Source: Malacoraja senta (taxonomy: Eukaryota). Taken from it: 64,000 nucleotides of DNA. The position numbers and the translations under genes were made by a program. The notes under the pieces are model-generated. The model was given only the letters and a program-made list of their open reading frames with translations, had not been told where the DNA came from and searched no databases. Each line of letters begins with the position of its first letter. Position 1 is the first letter of the stretch. Positions 61,426-64,000 of the stretch are shown here, in pieces. Location: NCBI GenBank assembly GCA_038087875.1, contig CM075990.1, forward strand, positions 15,068,001 through 15,132,000, given 5' to 3'.

Positions 61426-64000
61426 AAATCAGCAATTTATATTTTATTTTAGGCAATGTGCTTATTAAAGTATTATGCTAAATATTTTAATAGTGCACGG
61501 ATTTCCACACTGGAAAATCTACTTTGTGTTGATTTTGTTGCATTTTGTGTGTTTTGTTTGACAAAAACCATGTTTTGATAAAGTAAATGGAGTAATTTAG
61601 GGAAAAGTGTCCATTTTAAATACACAGTAGTAGTTTGTTGCCCAATGTATATGCGGTGTTTGATTTACTACTTTCATATGTTCAGTGATGTGATTCTACT
61701 TGCATGTCTAATCATTGCCTTTCACTGTTAGAAACTGTTAGAAATAAAAAGAAAGTAATGCAATGAGCATCAATAAATAACCACCTTCATATTATTTATA
61801 CAGTACCTCAAAGAACTCTTGTTAAATGTGAAAGAATTTATGGCTTATGTGTACTGGAATACACACGAGTGAGATGTCAACTAAATAATTTAAAATATAC
61901 AACCAATTTTAAATGTTTTCCAAACAAATGGCAATGGGTACAAATTGATGGTTTCATAGAGAAAGTCTCTGAGGTTTATGAAAATTTATTTCACATTGTT
62001 TAAATGTCTGAATTAAGTGCCCAGTCATACAGATGTTTGTAATGATGTATCTAAATCCTAATCAGAACTCCACCATCCCTGGGTCAGGTAGATTATAAAA
62101 ACCTGTTGTTTTCCCTTGTTCTTTGAAATAATAGAGTCACTAATCTACTTGATCTGCATGAATTAGTTTAAGAAGAAAGCGAGTCATGCATACATTTCAA
62201 AGATGGAAGGTACTTATAGAAGCAATTTCTTAGGGGGGGAAATACTGCAAGGACTGCTGAAAACTTTTAATAAGTACTAATTACCACAGCAGAAATTGTT
62301 AGAGGCTTCAATGGATTTATGTCGCTGAATGAAAGATCAAAGATTGTAGGACTAGTATTTTAATCTGTTGGCTAAAAAATATGAAGAAGATGGTGGTAAT
62401 GGGGCCCATGAGATTGACAACACAGGTGGCAGGGACTTTAATCCCTACTTTGCTGCAAAGGTCTCAGTCTACTCTCACTTAATACAATCAGCCATTTTTA
62501 TTTCAACTTCATGTTCAAATATTGAGATTTTTGCTCTTGCCTAAAGGAGTGTGAGTGCAGGTAGCGATAGGAAAAGCCTTTGATTTGGCATTGATGTCTA
62601 ACTTCTGAAATGGTGCTTTGTTGGTTTAAAGTGCTTATCTGTGAGATGTATGGAGGAGCAGGGAAATGGGTGAGGCGTGGATTGCTTTGATGTGGTCTTG
62701 ATGCAGGGAGTGGCTGAATAAGGGGTCATTGGCATAGTTGCATCAATGACATCCATCAAATGCGATTGATCAGAAGAAGTAGAAGTGACAGATGCTTAAT
62801 GATAATTTAGTGTGGTATTTTGACATTCAAACAGACTGTCAATAGTAATGCTGCCTTATCTGTAGGAACAAGCTCGACCAAATGTAAGGGGACAGTTTAT
62901 GAAATGGAGCAAATCTGCAGATGCAGCGTTTTGAGTCGAATCACTAAATTAAAGGTTCACTTGGTAAGAATATTACACATTTTTCAAGAAGATATCAAGT
63001 TGTGCCGGCAATGACTCCCATCCTTGGGAGCATGGTGTAAAGGGTCAGAAAATTAAACTGACAGTCCCGATCAGGTTGGTCAAAAGCAATGTTAGAAACA
63101 AAGTTGGTAAGAGCCCAGGTCAAGCCGCGTTCTAAAGTCAGTCTTGTCAAAAGACTCAGTCACATTCATACCTACAGGCAACCTCTGCTGATCCTGAGTC
63201 ATTAATCAAACTGCAGAGCCAGTCTGACCCTGGCTCCTTCCCTTTGAAGTGTGGTGTCCTTTCCAGCATGAGGAAATAATTTGCTGCCTGATTCAATGAG
63301 CCATCAGTGGAGCCAGCAGACCTAATGACATGTGAGAATATTAACCTCCTACCACGAAGGGCTGTGAATCTTGAGAGGCAGTCTATAATTCACCCAGTGC
63401 TCTCGGAGGCACTCTGTCTCACAGCCTCTGTGACAGAACTTTGTTTTTATTCCGACTTCCTTCTCATCCTGAAACTTTGCCGACAAGATTTTACAGTTGA
63501 TCTAAATCTCCCTTCTTTTCTCACATCTCATTTCAACTGCCGTCTCTTGCTTCTGCACTTTTATTAAGTTTATTAAAACCAGTTGAATCCCACTTTTTTT
63601 ATATAGCAGGCCTCTGTTTGCCCATTCATTATGTTCTCTTATCTTGGCAGGCAATCAGAACTGAAAGGCAGCTAGTCCATTATGCACATATGAAGCCCAT
63701 CACTCCTTCAGCTTTTGCCAATTCATCAAACATTTATCATTTGCCCTCTGAACAGCATGTCAATTTGCCTGTCACTCCCAAGTCTGTGCTGCTTTGTTTG
63801 AATCTAAACATTGCCTTTTCACACTGGTGTTGTGGACCTATCCTTATAACACAGTCCCCACCACCCTCCTCCCCCTCCGCCCCCCCCCACAAACGTCTCC
63901 CCAACTCCCTTCAAAAGAAAGCCGCCTTGGTTCTCAGCGGGCAGCCAGTCGCCACCGCGTGTTGTATGCTACATTTCTGTAAGATAATGAGGGTGAAGTG

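Overview
Vertebrate non-coding DNA, intronic or intergenic. It is most likely from a cartilaginous fish (skate/ray-like); this is inferred from the repeat content (HE1-type V-SINEs and HER1-type CR1 LINEs). No intact host gene is recognisable, and there is one candidate exon at 7313-7436. Repeats include CR1, L2, Rex/Babar, RTE, Hero-like, Crack-like and Vingi-like retroelement fragments, tRNA-derived SINEs and seven PIF/Harbinger-type TIR elements, mostly with TAA/TTA target duplications. More than 20 short Penelope-type units carry a minimal hammerhead-ribozyme core. Highlights: (1) two ~0.9-1 kb GC-rich non-coding retroposons share a head and a covarying hairpin but carry 3' tails from different LINE clades; (2) the hammerhead-bearing units sit as monomers, inverted pairs and a tandem dimer, several with 11-17 bp target duplications; (3) a 3.0 kb Harbinger-like element with residual coding-like cargo; (4) a perfect 79-bp inverted copy of flanking DNA captured at a SINE insertion. 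Repeat-poor islands at about 40-47 kb and 54-64 kb look like candidate conserved enhancers. Family names come from pattern recognition, not database searches, and boundaries of old copies are approximate.
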